Below, one piece after another: positions 15,001 to 30,000 of a stretch of DNA of 64,000 nt (its first letter is position 1; each line of letters starts with the position of its first letter). The notes below the pieces were generated by a model. That model ran no database searches. It saw nothing but the letters and a program-made list of their open reading frames with translations, and was not told the origin of the DNA. The position numbers and the translations under genes are program-made. The stretch lies in assembly GCA_964057225.1 (NCBI GenBank), contig CAXKVF010000086.1:1-64000 (forward strand), written 5' to 3'. Source of the DNA: Auanema rhodensis (taxonomy: Eukaryota; Animalia; Nematoda).

Positions 15001-18000
15001 TTTAATTAGCATAAATTAAAGTTCACGTAAATTTCAAAGTCATGGTTACCAGGCACCAATATCGATAACAATTTGTTTTTAGACTAATATGGACATGGGG
15101 AATCTAATTTTGAAAACCGCATCTCCTTATCTTTCACGTGAAGCGAGTTACATACCAAGTGCACATCACGTGTACATTTAATTAGCATAAATTAAAGTTC
15201 ACGTAAATTTCAAAGTCATGGTTACCATGAAGCAATATCAATAAAAATTTGTTTTTAGACTAATATGGACATGGGGAATCTAATTTTGAAAACCGCATCT
15301 CTTTATCTTTCACGTGAAGCGAGTTACATACCAAGTGCACATCACGTGTACATTTAATTAGCATAAATTAAAGTTCACGTAAATTTCAAAGTCATGGTTA
15401 CCATGCACCAATATCAATAAAAATTTGTTTTTAGACTAATATGGACATGGGGAATCTAATTTTGAAAACCGCATCTCTTTATCTTTCACGTGAAGCGAGT
15501 TACATACCAAGTGCACATCACGTGTACATTTAATTAGCATAAATTAAAGTTCACGTAAATTTCAAAGTCATGGTTACCATGAACCAATATCAATAAAAAT
15601 TTGTTTTTGGACTAATATGGACATGGGGAATCTAATTTTGAAAACCGCATCTCTTTATCTTTCACGTGAAGCGAGTTACATACCAAGTGCACATCACGTG
15701 TACATTTAATTAGCATAAATTAAAGTTCACGTAAATTTCAAAGTCATGGTTACCATGCACCAATATCAATAAAAATTTGTTTTTAGACTAATATGGACAT
15801 GGGGAATCTAATTTTGAAAACCGCATCTCTTTATCTTTCACGTGAAGCGAGTTACATACCAAGTGCACATCACGTGTACATTTAATTAGCATAAATTAAA
15901 GTTCACGTAAATTTCAAAGTCATGGTTACCATGAACCAATATCAATAAAAATTTGTTTTTAGACTAATATGGACATGGGGAATCTAATTTTGAAAACCGC
16001 ATCTCTTTATCTTTCACGTAAAGCGAGTTACATACCAAGTGCACATCACGTGTACATTTAATTAGCATAAATTAAAGTTCACGTAAATTTCAAAGTCATG
16101 GTTACCATGCACCAATATCAATAAAAATTTGTTTTTAGACTAATATGGACATGGGGAATCTAATTTTGAAAACCGCATCTCCTTATCTTTCACGTGAAGC
16201 GAGTTACATACCAAGTGCACATCACGTGTACATTTAATTAGCATAAATTAAAGTTCACGTAAATTTCAAAGTCATGGTTACCATGCACCAATGTCAATAA
16301 AAATTTGTTTTTAGACTAATATGGACATGGGGAATCTAATTTTGAAAACCGCATCTCTTCATCTTTCACGTGAAGCGAGTTACATACCAAGTGCACATCA
16401 CGTGTACATTTAATTAGCATAAATTAAAGTTCACGTAAATTTCAAAGTCATGGTTACCATGCACCAATATCAATAAAAATTTGTTTTTAGACTAATATGG
16501 ACATGGGGAATCTAATTTTGAAAACCGCATCTCTTTATCTTTCACGTGAAGCGAGTTACATACCAAGTGCACATCACGTGTACATTTAATTAGCATAAAT
16601 TAAAGTTCACGTAAATTTCAAAGTCATGGTTACCCTGCACCAATGTCTATAAAAATTTGTTTTTAGACTAATATGGACATGGGGAATCTAATTTTGAAAA
16701 CCGCATCTCTTCATCTTTCACGTGAAGCGAGTTACATACCAAGTGCACATCACGTGTACATTTAATTAGCATAAATTAAAGTTCACGTAAATTTCAAAGT
16801 CATGGTTACCATGCACCAATATCAATAAAAATTTGTTTTTAGACTAATATGGACATGGGGAATCTAATTTTGAAAACCGCATCTCTTCATCTTTCACGTA
16901 AAGCGAGTTACATACCAAGTGCACATCACGTGTACATTTAATTAGCATAAATTAAAGTTCACGTAAATTTCAAAGTCATGGTTACCATGCACCAATATCA
17001 ATAAAAATTTGTTTTTAGACTAATATGGACATGGGGAATCTAATTTTGAAAACCGCATCTCTTTATCTTTCACGTGAAGCGAGTTACATACCAAGTGCAC
17101 ATCACGTGTACATTTAATTAGCATAAATTAAAGTTCACGTAAATTTCAAAGTCATGGTTACCATGCACCAATGTCAATAAAAATTTGTTTTTAGACTAAT
17201 ATGGACATGGGGAATCTAATTTTGAAAACCGCATCTCTTCATCTTTCACGTGAAGCGAGTTACATACCAAGTGCACATCACGTGTACATTTAATTAGCAT
17301 AAATTAAAGTTCACGTAAATTTCAAAGTCATGGTTACCATGCACCAATATCAATAAAAATTTGTTCTTAGACTAATATGGACATGGGGAATCTAATTTTG
17401 AAAACCGCATCTCTTTATCTTTCACGTGAAGCGAGTTACATACCAAGTGCACATCACGTGTACATTTAATTAGCATAAATTAAAGTTCACGTAACTTTCA
17501 AAGTCATGGTTACCATGCACCAATATCAATAAAAATTTGTTTTTAGACTAATATGGACATGAGGAATCTAATTTTGAAAACCGCATCTCTTTATCTTTCA
17601 CGTGAAGCGAGTTACATACCAAGTGCACATCACGTGTACATTTAATTAGCATAAATTAAAGTTCACGTAAATTTCAAAGTCATGGTTACCATGAACCAAT
17701 ATCAATAAAAATTTGTTTTTAGACTAATATGGACATGGGGAATCTAATTTTGAAAACCGCATCTCTTTATCTTTCACGTGAAGCGAGTTACATACCAAGT
17801 GCACATCACGTGTACATTTAATTAGCATAAATTAAAGTTCACGTAAATTTCAAAGTCATGGTTACCATGAACCAATATCAATAAAAATTTGTTTTTAGAC
17901 TAATATGGACATAGGGAATCTAATTTTGAAAACCGCATCTCTTTATCTTTCACGTGAAGCGAGTTACATACCAAGTGCACATCACGTGTACATTTAATTA

Positions 18001-21000
18001 GCATAAATTAAAGTTCACGTAAATTTCAAAGTCATGGTTACCATGCACCAATATCAATAAAAATTTGTTTTTAGACTAATATGGACATGGGGAATCTAAT
18101 TTTGAAAACCGCATCTCTTTATCTTTCACGTGAAGCGAGTTACATACCAAGTGCACATCACGTGTACATTTAATTAGCATAAATTAAAGTTCACGTAAAT
18201 TTCAAAGTCATGGTTACCATGCACCAATATCAATAAAAATTTGTTTTTAGACTAATATGGACATGGGGAATCTAATTTTGAAAACCGCATCTCTTTAACT
18301 TTCACGTGAAGCGAGTTACATACCAAGTGCACATCACGTGTACATTTAATTAGCATAAATTAAAGTTCACGTAAATTTCAAAGTCATGGTTACCATGAAC
18401 CAATATCAATAAAAATTTGTTTTTAGACTAATATGGACATGGGGAATCTAATTTTGAAAACCGCATCTCTTTATCTTTCACGTGAAGCGAGTTACATACC
18501 AAGTGCACATCACGTGTACATTTAATTAGCATAAATTAAAGTTCACGTAAATTTCAAAGTCATGGTTACCATGCACCAATATCAATAAAAATTTGTTTTT
18601 AGACTAATATGGACATGGGGAATCTAATTTTGAAAACCGCATCTCCTTATCTTTCACGTGAAGCGAGTTACATACCAAGTGCACATCACGTGTACATTTA
18701 ATTAGCATAAATTAAAGTTCACGTAAATTTCAAAGTCATGGTTACCATGCACCAATATCAATAAAAATTTGTTTTTAGACTAATATGGACATGGGGAATC
18801 TAATTTTGAAAACCGTATCTCTTCATTTTTCACGTGAAGCGAGTTACATACCAAGTGCACATCACGTGTACATTTAATTAGCATAAATTAAAGTTCACGT
18901 AAATTTCAAAGTCATGGTTACCATGCACCAATATCAATAAAAATTTGTTTTTAGACTAATATGGACATGGGGAATCTAATTTTGAAAACCGCATCTCTTT
19001 ATCTTTCACGTGAAGCGAGTTACATACCAAGTGCACATCACGTGTACATTTAATTAGCATAAATTAAAGTTCACGTAAATTTCAAAGTCATGGTTACCAT
19101 GAACCAATATCAATAAAAATTTGTTTTTAGACTAATATGGACATGGGGAATCTAATTTTGAATACCGCATCTCTTTATCTTTCACGTGAAGCGAGTTACA
19201 TACCATATGCACATCACGTGTACATTTAATTAGCATAAATTAAAGTTCACGTAAATTTCAAAGTCATGGTTACCATGCACCAATATCAATAAAAATTTGT
19301 TTTTAGACTAATATGGACATGGGGAATCTAATTTTGAAAACCGCATCTCCTTATCTTTCACGTGAAGCGAGTTACATACCAAGTGCACATCACGTGTACA
19401 TTTAATTAGCATAAATTAAAGTTCACGTAAATTTCAAAGTCATGGTTACCATGCACCAATATCAATAAAAATTTGTTTTTAGACTAATATGGACATGGGG
19501 AATCTAATTTTGAAAACCGCATCTCTTCATCTCTCACGTGAAGCGAGTTACATACCAAGTGCACATCACGTGTACATTTAATTAGCATAAATTAAAGTTC
19601 ACGTAAATTTCAAAGTCATGGTTACCATGCACCAATATCAATAAAAATTTGTTTTTAGACTAATATGGACATGGGGAATCTAATTTTGAAAACCGCATCT
19701 CTTTATCTTTCACGTGAAGCGAGTTACATACCAAGTGCACATCACGTGTACATTTAATTAGCATAAATTAAAGTTCACGTAAATTTCAAAGTCATGGTTA
19801 CCATGAACCAATATCAATAAAAATTTGTTTTTAGACTAATATGGACATGGGGAATCTAATTTTGAAAACCGCATCTCTTTATCTTTCACGTGAAGCGAGT
19901 TACATACCAAGTGCACATCACGTGTACATTTAATTAGCATAAATTAAAGTTCACGTAAATTTCAAAGTCATGGTTACCATGCACCAATATCAATAAAAAT
20001 TTGTTTTTAAACTAATATGGACATGGGGAATCTAATTTTGAAAACCGCATCTCTTTATCTTTCACGTGAAGCGAGTTACATACCAAGTGCACATCACGTG
20101 TACATTTAATTAGCATAAATTAAAGTTCACGTAAATTTCAAAGTCATGGTTACCATGCACCAATATCAATAAAAATTTGTTTTTAGACTAATATGGACAT
20201 GGGGAATCTAATTTTGAAAACCGCATCTCTTTATCTTTCACGTGAAGCGAGTTACTCACCAAGTGCACATCACGTGTACATTTAATTAGCATAAATTAAA
20301 GTTCACGTAAATTTCAAAGTCATGGTTACCATGAACCAATATCAATAACAATTTGTTTTTAGACTAATATGGACATGGGGAATCTAATTTTGAAAACCGC
20401 ATCTCTTTATCTTTCACGTGAAGCGAGTTACATACCAAGTGCACATCACGTGTACATTTAATTAGCATAAATTAAAGTTCACGTAAATTTCAAAGTCATG
20501 GTTACCATGCACCAATATCAATAAAAATTTGTTTTTAAACTAATATGGACATGGGGAATCTAATTTTGAAAACCGCATCTCTTTATCTTTCACGTGAAGC
20601 GAGTTACATACCAAGTGCACATCACGTGTACATTTAATTAGCATAAATTAAAGTTCACGTAAATTTCAAAGTCATGGTTACCATGCACCAATATCAATAA
20701 AAATTTGTTTTTAGACTAATATGGACATGGGGAATCTAATTTTGAAAACCGCATCTCTTTAACTTTCACGTGAAGCGAGTTACATACCAAGTGCACATCA
20801 CGTGTACATTTAATTAGCATAAATTAAAGTTCACGTAAATTTCAAAGTCATGGTTACCATGAACCAATATCAATAAAAATTTGTTTTTAGACTAATATGG
20901 ACATGGGGAATCTAATTTTGAAAACCGCATCTCTTTATCTTTCACGTGAAGCGAGTTACATACCAAGTGCACATCACGTGTACATTTAATTAGCATAAAT

Positions 21001-24000
21001 TAAAGTTCACGTAAATTTCAAAGTCATGGTTACCATGAACCAATATCAATAAAAATTTGTTTTTAGACTAATATGGACATGGGGAATCTAATTTTGAAAA
21101 CCGCATCTCTTTATCTTTCACGTGAAGCGAGTTACATACCAAGTGCCCATCACGTGTACATTTAATTAGCATAAATTAAAGTTCACGTAAATTTCAAAGT
21201 CATGGTTACCAGGCACCAATATCGATAAAAATTTGTTTTTAGACTAATATGGACATGGGGAATCTAATTTTGAAAACCGCATCTCCTTATCTTTCACGTG
21301 AAGCGAGTTACATACCAAGTGCACATCACGTGTACATTTAATTAGCATAAATTAAAGTTCACGTAAATTTCAAAGTCATGGTTACCATGAAGCAATATCA
21401 ATAAAAATTTGTTTTTAGACTAATATGGACATGGGGAATCTAATTTTGAAAACCGCATCTCTTTATCTTTCACGTGAAGCGAGTTACATACCAAGTGCAC
21501 ATCACGTGTACATTTAATTAGCATAAATTAAAGTTCACGTAAATTTCAAAGTCATGGTTACCATGCACCAATATCAATAAAAATTTGTTTTTAGACTAAT
21601 ATGGACATGGGGAATCTAATTTTGAAAACCGCATCTCTTTATCTTTCACGTGAAGCGAGTTACATACCAAGTGCACATCACGTGTACATTTAATTAGCAT
21701 AAATTAAAGTTCACGTAAATTTCAAAGTCATGGTTACCATGAACCAATATCAATAAAAATTTGTTTTTGGACTAATATGGACATGGGGAATCTAATTTTG
21801 AAAACCGCATCTCTTTATCTTTCACGTGAAGCGAGTTACATACCAAGTGCACATCACGTGTACATTTAATTAGCATAAATTAAAGTTCACGTAAATTTCA
21901 AAGTCATGGTTACCATGCACCAATATCAATAAAAATTTGTTTTTAGACTAATATGGACATGGGGAATCTAATTTTGAAAACCGCATCTCTTTATCTTTCA
22001 CGTGAAGCGAGTTACATACCAAGTGCACATCACGTGTACATTTAATTAGCATAAATTAAAGTTCACGTAAATTTCAAAGTCATGGTTACCATGAACCAAT
22101 ATCAATAAAAATTTGTTTTTAGACTAATATGGACATGGGGAATCTAATTTTGAAAACCGCATCTCTTTATCTTTCACGTAAAGCGAGTTACATACCAAGT
22201 GCACATCACGTGTACATTTAATTAGCATAAATTAAAGTTCACGTAAATTTCAAAGTCATGGTTACCATGCACCAATATCAATAAAAATTTGTTCTTAGAC
22301 TAATATGGACATGGGGAATCTAATTTTGAAAACCGCATCTCTTTATCTTTCACGTGAAGCGAGTTACATACCAAGTGCACATCACGTGTACATTTAATTA
22401 GCATAAATTAAAGTTCACGTAAATTTCAAAGTCATGGTTACCATGCACCAATGTCAATAAAAATTTGTTTTTAGACTAATATGGACATGGGGAATCTAAT
22501 TTTGAAAACCGCATCTCTTCATCTTTCACGTGAAGCGAGTTACATACCAAGTGCACATCACGTGTACATTTAATTAGCATAAATTAAAGTTCACGTAAAT
22601 TTCAAAGTCATGGTTACCATGCACCAATATCAATAAAAATTTGTTTTTAGACTAATATGGACATGGGGAATCTAATTTTGAAAACCGCATCTCTTTATCT
22701 TTCACGTGAAGCGAGTTACATACCAAGTGCACATCACGTGTACATTTAATTAGCATAAATTAAAGTTCACGTAAATTTCAAAGTCATGGTTACCCTGCAC
22801 CAATGTCTATAAAAATTTGTTTTTAGACTAATATGGACATGGGGAATCTAATTTTGAAAACCGCATCTCTTCATCTTTCACGTGAAGCGAGTTACATACC
22901 AAGTGCACATCACGTGTACATTTAATTAGCATAAATTAAAGTTCACGTAAATTTCAAAGTCATGGTTACCATGCACCAATATCAATAAAAATTTGTTTTT
23001 AGACTAATATGGACATGGGGAATCTAATTTTGAAAACCGCATCTCTTCATCTTTCACGTAAAGCGAGTTACATACCAAGTGCACATCACGTGTACATTTA
23101 ATTAGCATAAATTAAAGTTCACGTAAATTTCAAAGTCATGGTTACCATGCACCAATATCAATAAAAATTTGTTTTTAGACTAATATGGACATGGGGAATC
23201 TAATTTTGAAAACCGCATCTCTTTATCTTTCACGTGAAGCGAGTTACATACCAAGTGCACATCACGTGTACATTTAATTAGCATAAATTAAAGTTCACGT
23301 AAATTTCAAAGTCATGGTTACCATGCACCAATGTCAATAAAAATTTGTTTTTAGACTAATATGGACATGGGGAATCTAATTTTGAAAACCGCATCTCTTC
23401 ATCTTTCACGTGAAGCGAGTTACATACCAAGTGCACATCACGTGTACATTTAATTAGCATAAATTAAAGTTCACGTAAATTTCAAAGTCATGGTTACCAT
23501 GCACCAATATCAATAAAAATTTGTTCTTAGACTAATATGGACATGGGGAATCTAATTTTGAAAACCGCATCTCTTTATCTTTCACGTGAAGCGAGTTACA
23601 TACCAAGTGCACATCACGTGTACATTTAATTAGCATAAATTAAAGTTCACGTAAATTTCAAAGTCATGGTTACCATGCACCAATATCAATAAAAATTTGT
23701 TTTTAGACTAATATGGACATGGGGAATCTAATTTTGAAAACCGCATCTCTTTATCTTTCACGTGAAGCGAGTTACATACCAAGTGCACATCACGTGTACA
23801 TTTAATTAGCATAAATTAAAGTTCACGTAAATTTCAAAGTCATGGTTACCATGCACCAATGTCAATAAAAATTTGTTTTTAGACTAATATGGACATGGGG
23901 AATCTAATTTTGAAAACCGCATCTCTTCATCTTTCACGTGAAGCGAGTTACATACCAAGTGCACATCACGTGTACATTTAATTAGCATAAATTAAAGTTC

Positions 24001-27000
24001 ACGTAAATTTCAAAGTCATGGTTACCATGCACCAATATCAATAAAAATTTGTTCTTAGACTAATATGGACATGGGGAATCTAATTTTGAAAACCGCATCT
24101 CTTTATCTTTCACGTGAAGCGAGTTACATACCAAGTGCACATCACGTGTACATTTAATTAGCATAAATTAAAGTTCACGTAACTTTCAAAGTCATGGTTA
24201 CCATGCACCAATATCAATAAAAATTTGTTTTTAGACTAATATGGACATGGGGAATCTAATTTTGAAAACCGCATCTCTTTATCTTTCACGTGAAGCGAGT
24301 TACATACCAAGTGCACATCACGTGTACATTTAATTAGCATAAATTAAAGTTCACGTAAATTTCAAAGTCATGGTTACCATGAACCAATATCAATAAAAAT
24401 TTGTTTTTAGACTAATATGGACATGGGGAATCTAATTTTGAAAACCGCATCTCTTTATCTTTCACGTGAAGCGAGTTACATACCAAGTGCACATCACGTG
24501 TACATTTAATTAGCATAAATTAAAGTTCACGTAAATTTCAAAGTCATGGTTACCATGAACCAATATCAATAAAAATTTGTTTTTAGACTAATATGGACAT
24601 AGGGAATCTAATTTTGAAAACCGCATCTCTTTATCTTTCACGTGAAGCGAGTTACATACCAAGTGCACATCACGTGTACATTTAATTAGCATAAATTAAA
24701 GTTCACGTAAATTTCAAAGTCATGGTTACCATGCACCAATATCAATAAAAATTTGTTTTTAGACTAATATGGACATGGGGAATCTAATTTTGAAAACCGC
24801 ATCTCTTTATCTTTCACGTGAAGCGAGTTACATACCAAGTGCACATCACGTGTACATTTAATTAGCATAAATTAAAGTTCACGTAAATTTCAAAGTCATG
24901 GTTACCATGCACCAATATCAATAAAAATTTGTTTTTAGACTAATATGGACATGGGGAATCTAATTTTGAAAACCGCATCTCTTTAACTTTCACGTGAAGC
25001 GAGTTACATACCAAGTGCACATCACGTGTACATTTAATTAGCATAAATTAAAGTTCACGTAAATTTCAAAGTCATGGTTACCATGAACCAATATCAATAA
25101 AAATTTGTTTTTAGACTAATATGGACATGGGGAATCTAATTTTGAAAACCGCATCTCTTTATCTTTCACGTGAAGCGAGTTACATACCAAGTGCACATCA
25201 CGTGTACATTTAATTAGCATAAATTAAAGTTCACGTAAATTTCAAAGTCATGGTTACCATGCACCAATATCAATAAAAATTTGTTTTTAGACTAATATGG
25301 ACATGGGGAATCTAATTTTGAAAACCGCATCTCCTTATCTTTCACGTGAAGCGAGTTACATACCAAGTGCACATCACGTGTACATTTAATTAGCATAAAT
25401 TAAAGTTCACGTAAATTTCAAAGTCATGGTTACCATGCACCAATATCAATAAAAATTTGTTTTTAGACTAATATGGACATGGGGAATCTAATTTTGAAAA
25501 CCGTATCTCTTCATTTTTCACGTGAAGCGAGTTACATACCAAGTGCACATCACGTGTACATTTAATTAGCATAAATTAAAGTTCACGTAAATTTCAAAGT
25601 CATGGTTACCATGCACCAATATCAATAAAAATTTGTTTTTAGACTAATATGGACATGGGGAATCTAATTTTGAAAACCGCATCTCTTTATCTTTCACGTG
25701 AAGCGAGTTACATACCAAGTGCACATCACGTGTACATTTAATTAGCATAAATTAAAGTTCACGTAAATTTCAAAGTCATGGTTACCATGAACCAATATCA
25801 ATAAAAATTTGTTTTTAGACTAATATGGACATGGGGAATCTAATTTTGAATACCGCATCTCTTTATCTTTCACGTGAAGCGAGTTACATACCATATGCAC
25901 ATCACGTGTACATTTAATTAGCATAAATTAAAGTTCACGTAAATTTCAAAGTCATGGTTACCATGCACCAATATCAATAAAAATTTGTTTTTAGACTAAT
26001 ATGGACATGGGGAATCTAATTTTGAAAACCGCATCTCCTTATCTTTCACGTGAAGCGAGTTACATACCAAGTGCACATCACGTGTACATTTAATTAGCAT
26101 AAATTAAAGTTCACGTAAATTTCAAAGTCATGGTTACCATGCACCAATATCAATAAAAATTTGTTTTTAGACTAATATGGACATGGGGAATCTAATTTTG
26201 AAAACCGCATCTCTTCATCTTTCACGTGAAGCGAGTTACATACCAAGTGCACATCACGTGTACATTTAATTAGCATAAATTAAAGTTCACGTAAATTTCA
26301 AAGTCATGGTTACCATGCACCAATATCAATAAAAATTTGTTTTTAGACTAATATGGACATGGGGAATCTAATTTTGAAAACCGCATCTCTTTATCTTTCA
26401 CGTGAAGCGAGTTACATACCAAGTGCACATCACGTGTACATTTAATTAGCATAAATTAAAGTTCACGTAAATTTCAAAGTCATGGTTACCATGAACCAAT
26501 ATCAATAAAAATTTGTTTTTAGACTAATATGGACATGGGGAATCTAATTTTGAAAACCGCATCTCTTTATCTTTCACGTAAAGCGAGTTACATACCAAGT
26601 GCACATCACGTGTACATTTAATTAGCATAAATTAAAGTTCACGTAAATTTCAAAGTCATGGTTACCATGCACCAATATCAATAAAAATTTGTTTTTAGAC
26701 TAATATGGACATGGGGAATCTAATTTTGAAAACCGCATCTCCTTATCTTTCACGTGAAGCGAGTTACATACCAAGTGCACATCACGTGTACATTTAATTA
26801 GCATAAATTAAAGTTCACGTAAATTTCAAAGTCATGGTTACCATGCACCAATGTCAATAAAAATTTGTTTTTAGACTAATATGGACATGGGGAATCTAAT
26901 TTTGAAAACCGCATCTCTTCATCTTTCACGTGAAGCGAGTTACATACCAAGTGCACATCACGTGTACATTTAATTAGCATAAATTAAAGTTCACGTAAAT

Positions 27001-30000
27001 TTCAAAGTCATGGTTACCATGCACCAATATCAATAAAAATTTGTTTTCAGACTAATATGGACATGGGGAATCTAATTTTGAAAACCGCATCTCTTTATCT
27101 TTCACGTGAAGCGAGTTACATACCAAGTGCACATCACGTGTACATTTAATTAGCATAAATTAAAGTTCACGTAAATTTCAAAGTCATGGTTACCCTGCAC
27201 CAATGTCTATAAAAATTTGTTTTTAGACTAATATGGACATGGGGAATCTAATTTTGAAAACCGCATCTCTTCATCTTTCACGTGAAGCGAGTTACATACC
27301 AAGTGCACATCACGTGTACATTTAATTAGCATAAATTAAAGTTCACGTAAATTTCAAAGTCATGGTTACCATGCACCAATATCAATAAAAATTTGTTTTT
27401 AGACTAATATGGACATGGGGAATCTAATTTTGAAAACCGCATCTCTTCATCTTTCACGTAAAGCGAGTTACATACCAAGTGCACATCACGTGTACATTTA
27501 ATTAGCATAAATTAAAGTTCACGTAAATTTCAAAGTCATGGTTACCATGCACCAATATCAATAAAAATTTGTTTTTAGACTAATATGGACATGGGGAATC
27601 TAATTTTGAAAACCGCATCTCTTTATCTTTCACGTGAAGCGAGTTACATACCAAGTGCACATCACGTGTACATTTAATTAGCATAAATTAAAGTTCACGT
27701 AAATTTCAAAGTCATGGTTACCATGCACCAATGTCAATAAAAATTTGTTTTTAGACTAATATGGACATGGGGAATCTAATTTTGAAAACCGCATCTCTTC
27801 ATCTTTCACGTGAAGCGAGTTACATACCAAGTGCACATCACGTGTACATTTAATTAGCATAAATTAAAGTTCACGTAAATTTCAAAGTCATGGTTACCAT
27901 GCACCAATATCAATAAAAATTTGTTCTTAGACTAATATGGACATGGGGAATCTAATTTTGAAAACCGCATCTCTTTATCTTTCACGTGAAGCGAGTTACA
28001 TACCAAGTGCACATCACGTGTACATTTAATTAGCATAAATTAAAGTTCACGTAACTTTCAAAGTCATGGTTACCATGCACCAATATCAATAAAAATTTGT
28101 TTTTAGACTAATATGGACATGGGGAATCTAATTTTGAAAACCGCATCTCTTTATCTTTCACGTGAAGCGAGTTACATACCAAGTGCACATCACGTGTACA
28201 TTTAATTAGCATAAATTAAAGTTCACGTAAATTTCAAAGTCATGGTTACCATGAACCAATATCAATAAAAATTTGTTTTTAGACTAATATGGACATGGGG
28301 AATCTAATTTTGAAAACCGCATCTCTTTATCTTTCACGTGAAGCGAGTTACATACCAAGTGCACATCACGTGTACATTTAATTAGCATAAATTAAAGTTC
28401 ACGTAAATTTCAAAGTCATGGTTACCATGAACCAATATCAATAAAAATTTGTTTTTAGACTAATATGGACATAGGGAATCTAATTTTGAAAACCGCATCT
28501 CTTTATCTTTCACGTGAAGCGAGTTACATACCAAGTGCACATCACGTGTACATTTAATTAGCATAAATTAAAGTTCACGTAAATTTCAAAGTCATGGTTA
28601 CCATGCACCAATATCAATAAAAATTTGTTTTTAGACTAATATGGACATGGGGAATCTAATTTTGAAAACCGCATCTCTTTATCTTTCACGTGAAGCGAGT
28701 TACATACCAAGTGCACATCACGTGTACATTTAATTAGCATAAATTAAAGTTCACGTAAATTTCAAAGTCATGGTTACCATGCACCAATATCAATAAAAAT
28801 TTGTTTTTAGACTAATATGGACATGGGGAATCTAATTTTGAAAACCGCATCTCTTTAACTTTCACGTGAAGCGAGTTACATACCAAGTGCACATCACGTG
28901 TACATTTAATTAGCATAAATTAAAGTTCACGTAAATTTCAAAGTCATGGTTACCATGAACCAATATCAATAAAAATTTGTTTTTAGACTAATATGGACAT
29001 GGGGAATCTAATTTTGAAAACCGCATCTCTTTATCTTTCACGTGAAGCGAGTTACATACCAAGTGCACATCACGTGTACATTTAATTAGCATAAATTAAA
29101 GTTCACGTAAATTTCAAAGTCATGGTTACCATGCACCAATATCAATAAAAATTTGTTTTTAGACTAATATGGACATGGGGAATCTAATTTTGAAAACCGC
29201 ATCTCCTTATCTTTCACGTGAAGCGAGTTACATACCAAGTGCACATCACGTGTACATTTAATTAGCATAAATTAAAGTTCACGTAAATTTCAAAGTCATG
29301 GTTACCATGCACCAATATCAATAAAAATTTGTTTTTAGACTAATATGGACATGGGGAATCTAATTTTGAAAACCGTATCTCTTCATTTTTCACGTGAAGC
29401 GAGTTACATACCAAGTGCACATCACGTGTACATTTAATTAGCATAAATTAAAGTTCACGTAAATTTCAAAGTCATGGTTACCATGCACCAATATCAATAA
29501 AAATTTGTTTTTAGACTAATATGGACATGGGGAATCTAATTTTGAAAACCGCATCTCTTTATCTTTCACGTGAAGCGAGTTACATACCAAGTGCACATCA
29601 CGTGTACATTTAATTAGCATAAATTAAAGTTCACGTAAATTTCAAAGTCATGGTTACCATGAACCAATATCAATAAAAATTTGTTTTTAGACTAATATGG
29701 ACATGGGGAATCTAATTTTGAATACCGCATCTCTTTATCTTTCACGTGAAGCGAGTTACATACCATATGCACATCACGTGTACATTTAATTAGCATAAAT
29801 TAAAGTTCACGTAAATTTCAAAGTCATGGTTACCATGCACCAATATCAATAAAAATTTGTTTTTAGACTAATATGGACATGGGGAATCTAATTTTGAAAA
29901 CCGCATCTCCTTATCTTTCACGTGAAGCGAGTTACATACCAAGTGCACATCACGTGTACATTTAATTAGCATAAATTAAAGTTCACGTAAATTTCAAAGT

